A DNA stretch of 64,000 nt from a bacterium (GCA_023267755.1 JAHFMR010000003.1:7315-71314); one strand, 5' to 3'. Positions 9,501 through 18,510 are shown, counted from the stretch's first letter. Numbers and translations are program-made. The notes: generated by a model from the sequence alone, not told the origin.

Positions 9501-10169
9501 ATGCAAGTAAAAATAGAGTCATCGTGGGCGGACAAACTCTCGGGGGAGTTCGAGCAGGAATACTTTGCCGAGCTGACAAACTTCGTAAAGAAAGAATATC
9601 AAGAAGGGAAGGTGTACCCAGCACCCAGGAATATCTTCCGCGCTTTTGATCTCTGTCCATTCGATGCGGTAAAGGTTGTCATTCTTGGACAGGATCCGTA
9701 TCACGGCGCGGGACAAGCCAATGGTCTCTGCTTCGCAGTAGACGAGGGGACCGCGCTCCCACCCTCGCTTCAGAATATATTTAAAGAGATAGAAAGTGAT
9801 TTAGGTAAACTGCTCGTACATCGTGGAGGTGATTTAGAGCGCTGGGCCAAGCAAGGTGTCTTACTCTTGAACGCGACACTCACTGTCCGTGCGCATACCG
9901 CTGGCTCGCATCAGGGGAAAGGTTGGGAGCAGTTTACCGACGCAGTCATTCGCGCGCTATCAGAGGGGCGTGAGAATCTCGTCTTTATTCTCTGGGGTAA
10001 CTACGCTAAAGCCAAGGGGGCACACATTGATCGGAGCAAGCATCTCGTCCTTGAGTCAGCGCATCCCTCGCCCTTCTCTGCCGCCTCCGGCTTCTTTGGC
10101 TCCAAGCCTTTTAGTAAGACAAACGATTGTCTCGTCGAACACGGCAAACCGCCGATAGACTGGCTATAA
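9501..10169 (+). CDS. ung: Uracil-DNA glycosylase, family 1
   Basis: GQDPYH motif and overall Ung similarity; TATACT at 9489-9494 lies 6 nt before the ATG, suggesting a leaderless transcript. Confidence 0.9.
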   Translation: MQVKIESSWADKLSGEFEQEYFAELTNFVKKEYQEGKVYPAPRNIFRAFDLCPFDAVKVVILGQDPYHGAGQANGLCFAVDEGTALPPSLQNIFKEIESDLGKLLVHRGGDLERWAKQGVLLLNATLTVRAHTAGSHQGKGWEQFTDAVIRALSEGRENLVFILWGNYAKAKGAHIDRSKHLVLESAHPSPFSAASGFFGSKPFSKTNDCLVEHGKPPIDWL

Positions 10170-10334
10170 ATTGAAAAAGAAGTATTATCATCATGTTCGC
10201 GCAGATGATAAGTTATCGAGCGTCATTTCCGAAGTGGCAAGAATCGGTTGCCCGTGCGATTCAGCCCGTTAGGGGAACTCTTGCGTAGTTTCTCGCACGA
10301 GCCTACACGTAAGTCTGCGCGAACGCCTATATCA

Positions 10335-10370
10335 CGAGCACCTTAGGTCTAGGGTGCTCGATTATTTTTA
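10335..10370 (+). terminator. Rho-independent terminator-like hairpin
   Basis: cgagcacc / ggtgctcg stem followed by ATTATTTTTA. Confidence 0.5.
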
Positions 10371-10397
10371 TACAACGAGCCCTGGTATACTCAACCT

Positions 10398-10967
10398 ATG
10401 AACCACACGCCGCAGATTAAGAAGGCGATACAGTTCGCGGCGCGCAAGCATCACGGCCAGATGCGCATTTCAGACGGTCAGTTGCCGTACGTCACCCATC
10501 TCTTCTCAGTGGCGCTCTTGGTGGCTGAAGATGGTGCACACGACGACGTGGTCACCGCGGCGCTTCTCCACGACACGCTCGAGGATACCGAGACGACGCG
10601 CGCAGAGATCGTGAGCGAATTTAACGAGCGCGTCGCAGAACTAGTCGAGTCAGTCACTGAGGTGAAGGAAGGGCTCGATTGGCGGGACTACAAGCAGAAT
10701 TATCTCGCGCTGATGGGACGGATTGATGAAGAAGCGTTGCTTATAGCCATCGCCGACAAAGTAGACAACGTAGAGAGCCGGATTGAAGAGTATCAAAGAG
10801 ACGGTGCGGACTTCCTGAGACGTTGGAAGCGTCCAATGGCCGATTATCTCTGGTTCTACGGCGAAGCTCTCCGAGTGGCAGAGGCGCGACTGCCAAACCA
10901 CTCACTCACTAAGCGACTTGCTCAAGAACACGCCAAGCAGATTGAAGTGTTTACAAACACGCTGTAA
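10398..10967 (+). CDS. HD-domain protein, (p)ppGpp hydrolase-like (small alarmone hydrolase)
   Basis: HD domain with LLHDTLEDT, typical of RelA/SpoT HD hydrolases; TATACT sits 6 nt upstream of the ATG, consistent with a leaderless transcript. Confidence 0.65.
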   Translation: MNHTPQIKKAIQFAARKHHGQMRISDGQLPYVTHLFSVALLVAEDGAHDDVVTAALLHDTLEDTETTRAEIVSEFNERVAELVESVTEVKEGLDWRDYKQNYLALMGRIDEEALLIAIADKVDNVESRIEEYQRDGADFLRRWKRPMADYLWFYGEALRVAEARLPNHSLTKRLAQEHAKQIEVFTNTL

Positions 10968-10997
10968 CCGCTTGGAGGCTCAACCTCCAAGCGGGAG

Positions 10998-12965
10998 TTA
11001 CCAGATTTTGGCGCGATCGTTTGGAGCGCGATAGAGTTTGTCGCCTTTTTTTACTGCGAATGCCGCATAGAACTCGGGGAGGTTTGAGGCTGGGCCGTTG
11101 ATACGGAAGAGGCTTGGCGAATGAGGATCGGTGAGCACCTGTGTCTTCTCCATTTCAGGGCGCTTATTCTCAAGGTCGAAGAGGGCGAAGCCGAGGAAGA
11201 ATCGTTGTTCGGGCGTGAAGCCGTCGATATCGATACGACCACTTTTCTTAAGGCGGAGCTGGTACGCATCAAAGGCGATAGAGACACCACCAAGATCAGC
11301 GATGTTCTCGCCGAGCGTGAGCTGGCCATTTACCTTGACCCCGTCTGCCACGCGGTAGGTATTAAACTGCTTCACCAACACCTGTGCTTTCTTAGTAAAT
11401 CGCGCGGTGTCCGCCTTCGTCCACCAGGTCTTACGATTACCCTTACCGTCAAACTTCGACCCTTGGTCGTCGAAGGCGTGTGTGATTTCGTGCCCGATGA
11501 CCGAGCCAATCGAGCCATAATTAAGTGCATCGTCAGCTGTCAGCGAGAAGAATGGCGGCTGGAGGATAGCGGCAGGGAAGACGACATCGTTTAGGCCGAA
11601 GCTGCAATACGCGTTTACCGTCTGCGGGCTCATAAACCATTCCTTACGATCAACCGGCTTATTGAGTCGACGCATCGCCCGCTGGTGTCCGTGGAGCACG
11701 GCGCGTAGTGCATTACCGAGGTAGTCGTCAGGAATAATCTCGAGATTCTTATAGCTGCGCCACTTGTCTGGGTAGCCAATTTTACGATTCACCTGACGGA
11801 GCTTTACGAGCGCCTTCTTCTTAGTCGCGCCACTCATCCAGTCGAGATTCTTGATGCGTGCTTCATAGGCCGCGAAGAGGTCATCAACAATCTTGTTCAT
11901 CTCCTTTTTTTCCTCATGACTGAAGTGCTGCTTCACGTAAATCTGTCCGAGAAGCTCCCCGAGCGCGCCGTTGGTAGCTCCGAGCGCACGACGCCAGAGT
12001 GGCTTCATCACTTTTACCCCAGAGAGCGTCGTACCGTAGAAGGCGAAGTTCTGCTTCTCAAATGCGGGGGTCAAGTAGCTCGCAGCGCCTCCCACTAGAT
12101 GCCAGGTGAGATATGTCTGCCAATCGGCAATGGATTCCTTAGCGAGCAGGGCGCCCATTGCTGCAAAGAATTTCGGCTGCATCACAACAACCTCTTTTAC
12201 CTTCGGCGCACCGACAATCTTCAGATAGTCCTGCCAATTAATCCCTGGTGCCTTTTGCGCGAGCGCGCGGACACTCATCCTGTGGTACGTCTTATCGACG
12301 TCGCGAATGTCTTCCTTGGCCATCGAGATCTTCGCGATCGCTGTCTCGAGCCGTAGAATCGTCTCCTGGTCACGCTTCGCTTCTGTAACCGATTTGCCCA
12401 TCAGCTTGGCGATTGCTTCCAAGTGCTTTCCGTAGGCGGTGCGGACACGCGCCGACTCCGCGTCGTTCTTGAGATAATAGTCGCGATCGGGCATACCGAG
12501 GCCGCTCTGACCGAGGTGGACGAGATACCGTTCGCTGTCCTTCATATCCTGATCGACGCCCATACTCCACGGACCGGCGCCGCCTATCTTCTCGAGGTGC
12601 GCGATTACTCTCACGAGCGAGTCAACATCTTCTATCTTTTTGATGCGATCGAGCCACATTTGGAGCGGCGTGAGACCAAGCGTACTACGGCGCTTCAAAT
12701 CGAGCCCTGAGAGATAGAAGTCACGCACCTTTTGTTCCGGGCTCCCGTTAGCAAGTTTTTTTGTATTTTGGAGTTCTGTCACAATGGCGCGGAGCTTCTT
12801 TTCAGTATCGTAGCGGAGGATAAGGAATGAGCCCCAGCGTGATTCCTGTGGCGGTACCGGATTCTTCGTGAGCCAATTTCCGCCCACGTAGTGATAGAAG
12901 TCGTCTTGTGGCCGGACGCTCCTATCCATATCCCGCACGTCAAATCCCCAGTCCTTTTTCTTCAT
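10998..12965 (-). CDS. pepO: M13 family zinc endopeptidase (PepO/neprilysin-like)
   Basis: HEITHAFD, ENIADLGG and NAYY motifs, C-terminal ...PNDRAKIW; aligns to Lactococcus PepO from RPQDDFY. Start at 12965 (MKKKDW) chosen because TATACT lies 8 nt upstream on the minus strand; the longer ORF to 13673 overlaps alaS antisense. Confidence 0.8.
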   Translation of the reverse strand: MKKKDWGFDVRDMDRSVRPQDDFYHYVGGNWLTKNPVPPQESRWGSFLILRYDTEKKLRAIVTELQNTKKLANGSPEQKVRDFYLSGLDLKRRSTLGLTPLQMWLDRIKKIEDVDSLVRVIAHLEKIGGAGPWSMGVDQDMKDSERYLVHLGQSGLGMPDRDYYLKNDAESARVRTAYGKHLEAIAKLMGKSVTEAKRDQETILRLETAIAKISMAKEDIRDVDKTYHRMSVRALAQKAPGINWQDYLKIVGAPKVKEVVVMQPKFFAAMGALLAKESIADWQTYLTWHLVGGAASYLTPAFEKQNFAFYGTTLSGVKVMKPLWRRALGATNGALGELLGQIYVKQHFSHEEKKEMNKIVDDLFAAYEARIKNLDWMSGATKKKALVKLRQVNRKIGYPDKWRSYKNLEIIPDDYLGNALRAVLHGHQRAMRRLNKPVDRKEWFMSPQTVNAYCSFGLNDVVFPAAILQPPFFSLTADDALNYGSIGSVIGHEITHAFDDQGSKFDGKGNRKTWWTKADTARFTKKAQVLVKQFNTYRVADGVKVNGQLTLGENIADLGGVSIAFDAYQLRLKKSGRIDIDGFTPEQRFFLGFALFDLENKRPEMEKTQVLTDPHSPSLFRINGPASNLPEFYAAFAVKKGDKLYRAPNDRAKIW

Positions 12966-13010
12966 AACCGCATAGTATATGAATTTTTTATCTCGTGCTA
13001 TCTTTTTCAT

Positions 13011-14870
13011 ATGACCGTCTCTGACGTCCGCAAGCGATATCTCGACTTCTTCGCCAAACGAGAGCACGTGGTGATACCTTCGGCGCCAATAGTGCCCGAG
13101 AACGACCCGACAACCCTCTTCACCAGTAGCGGGATGCAGCCCTTGGTGCCGTATCTCCTCGGACAGTCGCATCCGGAGGGGGCTCGCCTCGCCGACTCCC
13201 AGATGTCCTTCCGTGCTGAAGACATTGAGGAGGTGGGTGACAATCGTCACACGACTTTCTTTGAAATGCTCGGTAACTGGTCGCTCGGAGATTATTTCAA
13301 ACAGGAGCAACTGCCGTGGTTCTACGAGTTTCTCACGAACAAAGAAGAGGGGCTCGGACTCGACGCGAACAAGCTCTACGTGACCACCTTCGCCGGCGAT
13401 GAGGAGAGCGGAATGCCAGCCGACACCGAGGCAGTAGAGATCTGGAAGAAGATCGGCATCGCCGACGATCACATCTTCTCCTATGGCGCGAAAAAGAATT
13501 GGTGGAGCAGGGCAGGAGTACCCGCGAAGATGCCGGTGGGCGAGATAGGCGGCCCCGACTCTGAGGTTTTCTACGACTTTGGTCTCCCGCACGACCCTAC
13601 CTTCGGCGCAGAGTGTCACCCCAACTGTGATTGCGGCCGGTTCGTCGAAATAGGCAACTCGGTCTTTATGCAATTTATTAAAAAAGAAGACCCTTCGACA
13701 GGCTCAGGGCAGGCGGCCTTCAAGGAATTACCCAAGAAGAATGTCGACTTCGGCGGCGGACTTGAGCGTCTGGTCGCTGCCACACAGAATGATTCTGATA
13801 TTTTTATGATTGACGTATTTGATGCAGCACGCACTGTTCTCGAATCCCGCTCTGGCATGCGATATAAGGACGTCGTACGTCATACATCAGATGTAGGACG
13901 TACGACGTCCTACATGCGGTCGTTCAGGATTATTTTGGATCACATGCGCGCAGCCTCTTTTATGCTCGCAAGCGGTATTCGCCCAGGCAATACTGAACAA
14001 GGGTATGTACTCCGCCGACTCATTCGTCGCTCTCTACGCGAAGCAGATAAACTCGGTATTAAAGACGCTGTGCTTGCCGAAGTAGCCGGTGGGTTCGGCG
14101 ATGCATATCGAGATCACTATGCTTTCATCTATGAAAGCGCGGAGATTATTAAGAGTGAATTGGAGAAAGAGGAAGCACAATTTAGAAAAACTCTCACGCA
14201 CGGTATGCACGAGCTGGAGAAGATGGGGAACAGTATCGACGCCTTCACGCTCTTCACTACCTATGGCTTCCCGGTAGAACTCACCGAAGAAATCGCAAAG
14301 GAAAAAGGGATTGCTCTCGATATGACTGCAGTGCAGGCGAAGATGGAAGGGCACCAGGCACTCTCGCGTGCGGGAGCGGCACAGAAGTTTGCGGGCGGGC
14401 TCGCCGATACTGCCGAGCAGACTGTCCGGTATCACACCGCTCACCATCTCCTACTCAAGGCGCTCCAGTTAGTACTCGGACATGATGTCCATCAGCGGGG
14501 GAGTAATATCACGAGCGAGCGCTTGCGTATCGATTTCTCCTGGAGCGCCAAGATGACCGACGAACAGAAGGCTGCGGTAGAAAAAATCGTCAATGAACAG
14601 ATCGCTGCAGGATTACCGGTCGTCCGTACTGATATGAATAAAGAAGAAGCAGAAAAGCTTGGTGCGGAGCATGAGTTTGGTGCAACCTATCCCGATATCG
14701 TCTCGGTGTATTCAGTTGGCCCTCTTGATAACGCATTTTCAATAGAATTCTGCGGCGGTCCGCACGTAGGAAACACTTCCGAGCTTGGTGAGGATGGTAA
14801 GCAATTCAAGATTCTGAAAGAGGAAGCCTCTTCCGCCGGCATCCGTCGTATTAAAGCGGTGTTAGAATAA
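13011..14870 (+). CDS. alaS: Alanyl-tRNA synthetase, truncated form (catalytic plus editing core, no C-Ala domain)
   Basis: N-terminus MTVSDVRKRYLDFF...NDPTTLFTSSGM, editing motifs HTAHHLL and CGGPHV; ends after GIRRIKAVLE (619 aa). Confidence 0.85.
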   Translation: MTVSDVRKRYLDFFAKREHVVIPSAPIVPENDPTTLFTSSGMQPLVPYLLGQSHPEGARLADSQMSFRAEDIEEVGDNRHTTFFEMLGNWSLGDYFKQEQLPWFYEFLTNKEEGLGLDANKLYVTTFAGDEESGMPADTEAVEIWKKIGIADDHIFSYGAKKNWWSRAGVPAKMPVGEIGGPDSEVFYDFGLPHDPTFGAECHPNCDCGRFVEIGNSVFMQFIKKEDPSTGSGQAAFKELPKKNVDFGGGLERLVAATQNDSDIFMIDVFDAARTVLESRSGMRYKDVVRHTSDVGRTTSYMRSFRIILDHMRAASFMLASGIRPGNTEQGYVLRRLIRRSLREADKLGIKDAVLAEVAGGFGDAYRDHYAFIYESAEIIKSELEKEEAQFRKTLTHGMHELEKMGNSIDAFTLFTTYGFPVELTEEIAKEKGIALDMTAVQAKMEGHQALSRAGAAQKFAGGLADTAEQTVRYHTAHHLLLKALQLVLGHDVHQRGSNITSERLRIDFSWSAKMTDEQKAAVEKIVNEQIAAGLPVVRTDMNKEEAEKLGAEHEFGATYPDIVSVYSVGPLDNAFSIEFCGGPHVGNTSELGEDGKQFKILKEEASSAGIRRIKAVLE

Positions 14871-14910
14871 ACGAATGAGTTTTTTCCATAGGAAGAAGCG
14901 AGGCGTGGCG

Positions 14911-15936
14911 ATGCTACTTATCGATATCGGCGCCGACTCGGTCGCAGGAGCGTATACGCAGTACATCGACGGCGAGCAGCCGGTGGTGCATTACACGAAA
15001 CGAACCCCCATCGAGATTCGCGGAAAGGAGCCGCATGCCGATGCGATGCTTCGCGCGCTCAAAGCACTCGGCGATACGCTTATTCATAAGGGTGCTCACA
15101 CCTTCCTACGTGCGACCGGGAGTGCTGCTATTGACACAATCCTCGTCTCTATCGACGCGCCTTGGCAGACGACCTCGATACGCACAGAAAATCTCGAGCA
15201 AGATGAACCCTTTGTTTTCACCAAGGGAATGGTTTCCGCAGTACTAAAAAAGACGCGCACCACTCCTGAAAAGCAGCTTCTCGCGGATGAAAGTATTATC
15301 GGCACTATTCTCAATGGCTACGAGACACACGCTCCCTACGGGAAACACGCTCGTCGCGCCTCAATTATCATCCTCACATCGCTTATAGATGAGGAGGTTG
15401 CCCGAGAGATTCACACGCTACTTCGTGGCCTCTGTCACACGAAGGAGACGCTCTCTATCGCGGGAAGCTCACTCCGCTATCAGGCGCTGCGCATCGCGTT
15501 CCCTCACGAGCGCGACGCGCTTATCCTCGACGCGACCGGACCGCTCACCTCTATCGCTCTTGTGCGACGAGATCTCCTCGTCGACGTTATCGAGGTGCCC
15601 ACCAAAGTCAGTGACGCTATGGGCTGGCTCAAAGAGACCGCGACCGCACTCGCCGCACTCGCCAAACGATTCCCCCTGCCACGTACCATCTTCCTGCTTG
15701 CTCGCGAGCCGGATGCCGCTCCTCTTAAGGATACGCTCGACAAAGGCGATCTCGGATCGCTTTGGCTCTCGGATAATCCCCCTAAGATTGTTGCGGTACT
15801 CGGGAGCCACATTATGAGCTTTATCCGTCAGACGGCATCTACTCCACCAGACCTCTCACTTCTGCTTATGGCCCTATACGCCGAGAAGCGCATTTTCCGA
15901 GAAGAGGTTGTGGTGGACAAGTCGACTTCAGAATAG
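14911..15936 (+). CDS. Hypothetical protein, possible ASKHA/actin-like ATPase fold
   Basis: MLLIDIGADSVAGAY and LDATGPLTSIAL resemble ASKHA phosphate-binding motifs; no confident family assignment. Confidence 0.35.
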   Translation: MLLIDIGADSVAGAYTQYIDGEQPVVHYTKRTPIEIRGKEPHADAMLRALKALGDTLIHKGAHTFLRATGSAAIDTILVSIDAPWQTTSIRTENLEQDEPFVFTKGMVSAVLKKTRTTPEKQLLADESIIGTILNGYETHAPYGKHARRASIIILTSLIDEEVAREIHTLLRGLCHTKETLSIAGSSLRYQALRIAFPHERDALILDATGPLTSIALVRRDLLVDVIEVPTKVSDAMGWLKETATALAALAKRFPLPRTIFLLAREPDAAPLKDTLDKGDLGSLWLSDNPPKIVAVLGSHIMSFIRQTASTPPDLSLLLMALYAEKRIFREEVVVDKSTSE

Positions 15937-15963
15937 CCCGGTGAGTGGTATACTCCTCAACAT

Positions 15964-17175
15964 ATGCGTACCTTAAATGACATCACCCCGCCGTCTCGTC
16001 GCCGAGAGGCAGATTCTCTTACTAGCGCCCCCAGTCGCCAGCCACTCAATCTCTCAGAACGTCCTTTTAAATTCCCGTATATAACCTTGATTGTCGTTCT
16101 TGGTATCATCGCTCTCTCTATCGGGGCACTCTTTTATTTCTCAAGCGCCAAGGTTGAAGTAACACCAAACACGATCTCGGCAGCGGTGCAGGGGTCCTTC
16201 ACTGCGAGCATCAGCAGCGGAAACTTGCCCTATGAGATGATTACCGCACAGAAGATTGCTACCCAGAGTGTCAAAAGTGGTGGGACAAAAGAAGTCAGCT
16301 CATCATCCTCAGGTACTATCACCGTTTACAATACTCAAACAAAGTCGCAGCACCTTATCGCGAATACGCGCTTCGCTACCACAGCAGGACTCATCTTCCG
16401 TATCCACACAGCCGTAACCGTACCGGGAGGCAGCCCTACAAAACCGGGGAGCACCACCGCCAAGGTCTACGCTGACCAAGCGGGCAGCACCTATAACATC
16501 GCTCCCACCTCCTTCACCATTCCAGGTTTTGCCGGGACGCCACAGGCAAGCCAGGTGTACGCACGTTCGACAAGCGCTATGAGCGGCGGCGCCTCCGGGA
16601 CGGTACCTATTGTCGACACTTCACTCGAAGCGACCACTCGCGCAGCACTCACTAAAGCGCTCGAGCCAGACCTTCAGACGAGCATCAAGGCCCAAATCCC
16701 TGAGGGCTACACACTTGTCATTGGTGCCACACACATCGCTTACGACACCCTTGACTCCGCCCCCTCTGCAACGACCGGTATGGTCGATGTAAAAGAGCAG
16801 GGAACGATTACCGCGGTTGTTTTCCCAAATGCCGCTCTCGCCAAGGCGGTTGCTCAGTCGATCTCGGGCCTCAATTATCAGGGCGAGCCGCTCCTCCTTA
16901 CTCCCGCTTCCAACCTCGTCCTTGCGGCACCGAGCCTACCAGAGGCAAATGCCGCTTCCTTCACTTTCACTCTCTCTGGTACCGCTTCACTCCTCTACAC
17001 GGTCGATCCTACCCGCATCGCCGCCGCGATAGCAGGGAAGACTCGCTCGGCAGCCGAGGTGGCGCTCACCAACTATCCCGAAGTGAAGCGTGCGGTCATT
17101 ATCCTGCGCCCATTCTGGCGTCAATCCTTCCCCCAGGACCCCTCCACAATCACCGTCGTGGAGACCAATCCGTAA
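15964..17175 (+). CDS. Membrane-anchored Ser/Thr/Ala-rich extracytoplasmic protein, hypothetical
   Basis: Signal-anchor TM (ITLIVVLGIIALSIGALFYF) then low-complexity S/T/A-rich ectodomain. Confidence 0.5.
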   Translation: MRTLNDITPPSRRREADSLTSAPSRQPLNLSERPFKFPYITLIVVLGIIALSIGALFYFSSAKVEVTPNTISAAVQGSFTASISSGNLPYEMITAQKIATQSVKSGGTKEVSSSSSGTITVYNTQTKSQHLIANTRFATTAGLIFRIHTAVTVPGGSPTKPGSTTAKVYADQAGSTYNIAPTSFTIPGFAGTPQASQVYARSTSAMSGGASGTVPIVDTSLEATTRAALTKALEPDLQTSIKAQIPEGYTLVIGATHIAYDTLDSAPSATTGMVDVKEQGTITAVVFPNAALAKAVAQSISGLNYQGEPLLLTPASNLVLAAPSLPEANAASFTFTLSGTASLLYTVDPTRIAAAIAGKTRSAAEVALTNYPEVKRAVIILRPFWRQSFPQDPSTITVVETNP

Positions 17176-17181
17176 GGCTGG

Positions 17182-17210
17182 TTGACGATATTTTGGATAC
17201 CTGCTAGATT
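17182..17210 (+). promoter_or_regulatory. sigma70-like promoter TTGACG-17-TAGATT upstream of infA
   Basis: Hexamer spacing and match to consensus. Confidence 0.35.
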
Positions 17211-17244
17211 GTATGAGTACCTTATGGGTGGCGATGCATCATAA

Positions 17245-17484
17245 ATGAGCGAAGGCGAAGAAACAAAATCGACGGTGACCGGTACCGTCGAGGAAGTGTT
17301 GCCGAACTCACTTTTCCGTGTCCGACTTCCTGAGAAGGAAGAGGGTGGGGGAGGTGAACTCATTCTTGCCTACCTTGCAGGGAAAATGCGTTTGCATCGG
17401 ATCCGCGTCCTTATGGGCGACCAGGTGGAGATGGTGCTTGACCCTTACGGGGGTCGCGCAAGAATAGTTCGCCGATTAACCTAA
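17245..17484 (+). CDS. infA: Translation initiation factor IF-1
   Basis: S1-like IF-1 sequence ([10 protein letters not shown]...[14 protein letters not shown]). Confidence 0.9.
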   Translation: MSEGEETKSTVTGTVEEVLPNSLFRVRLPEKEEGGGGELILAYLAGKMRLHRIRVLMGDQVEMVLDPYGGRARIVRRLT

Positions 17485-17502
17485 CCTACAGCGACATTTA
17501 CG

Positions 17503-17619
17503 ATGAAAGTTCGTGCTTCTATCAAAGTCCAGCAGCCAGGTGATCAGCTCGTCCGTCGCGGCGGGCGCCTCTATCGTATCAACAAGAAGAATCCGCGTCG
17601 TAAGGCGCGTCAGGGGTAG
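17503..17619 (+). CDS. rpmJ: 50S ribosomal protein L36, Cys-less (C-minus, YkgO-type) form
   Basis: 38-aa [12 protein letters not shown]...[18 protein letters not shown], not in the ORF track (<60 aa); matches the L36 C-minus paralog pattern; sits in the canonical infA-rpmJ-rpsM position. Confidence 0.8.
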   Translation: MKVRASIKVQQPGDQLVRRGGRLYRINKKNPRRKARQG

Positions 17620-17655
17620 TCAAAGCGTTATTTAATTTTTTCGTATTTAACAATC

Positions 17656-18036
17656 ATGCGTATCGCCGGTGTCACACTCCCAGGGAACAAACAGCTCGCG
17701 TATTCATTGCCGCTTATTTTTGGTATTGGCCCGACGCGCGCTCGCGAGATTCTCGCCAAGGTAGGTGTCCCGGCAACCAAGAAGGGCGACGAGCTCACCG
17801 CCGACGAGGAGCAGAAGATCCGCTCGCTCGCCGAGAGCTTTACTATCGAGGGTGAGTTGCGCCGCGAAATAGGTCAGAACATCAAGCGTCTGAAGGATAT
17901 CAAGGCTATTCGTGGAGATCGCCACAGCCGTGGGCTCCCGGTACGTGGACAGCGCACCAAGACCAACTCGCGCACGCGTCGTGGTAACGTCCGTAAGACG
18001 ATGACCTCGGGCCGCCGGACGCTTGAAAAGACATAA
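17656..18036 (+). CDS. rpsM: 30S ribosomal protein S13
   Basis: Sequence identity pattern to S13. Confidence 0.95.
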   Translation: MRIAGVTLPGNKQLAYSLPLIFGIGPTRAREILAKVGVPATKKGDELTADEEQKIRSLAESFTIEGELRREIGQNIKRLKDIKAIRGDRHSRGLPVRGQRTKTNSRTRRGNVRKTMTSGRRTLEKT

Positions 18037-18057
18037 TTTTGCAAACATAAAAGTACT

Positions 18058-18492
18058 ATGGGTAAGAAACGAATCATCAAGAAGAGCGGACGCGGCCTCG
18101 ACCAGGGGCGTAAGGAGCGCGCTATGTCCAAGGCGACCAAGCGTCACCTCGAGAAGGGCGTCCTCCACATCGAAGCGACCTTCAACAACACTAAGGCGAT
18201 CCTCACCGACGACAAGGGCAACGCGGTGGTCTCCTCGAGCGCAGGCGCACTCGGCTTCTCTGGTGCACGCAAGTCGACCCCCTATGCCGCTGCCAAGGTG
18301 GGCGAGTTCCTCGGCGAGAAGGGAATGTTGATAGGCCTCAAAGAGGCGAGTGTCGTTATCCGTGGTGTGGGTGCCGGGCGCGAGTCAGTGTTGCGCGCCT
18401 TCTCGGGCAAGGGCGTTCAGATCAAATCGATTAAGGACGTGACTCCTGTTCCGCACAACGGTCCGCGCCCGCCTAAGCCGCGTCGCATCTAA
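18058..18492 (+). CDS. rpsK: 30S ribosomal protein S11
   Basis: S11 conserved core. Confidence 0.95.
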   Translation: MGKKRIIKKSGRGLDQGRKERAMSKATKRHLEKGVLHIEATFNNTKAILTDDKGNAVVSSSAGALGFSGARKSTPYAAAKVGEFLGEKGMLIGLKEASVVIRGVGAGRESVLRAFSGKGVQIKSIKDVTPVPHNGPRPPKPRRI

Positions 18493-18510
18493 TCTTTTCT
18501 TCTACGAGCT

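Noticed and set aside
12966-13673. N-terminal 236-aa extension of the minus-strand M13 peptidase ORF (10998..13673)
   Set aside because: The extension lies antisense to the well-supported alaS N-terminus and has no peptidase homology. Alignment with PepO and a leaderless -10 box favour the start at 12965. The extension is a high-GC open-frame artefact.
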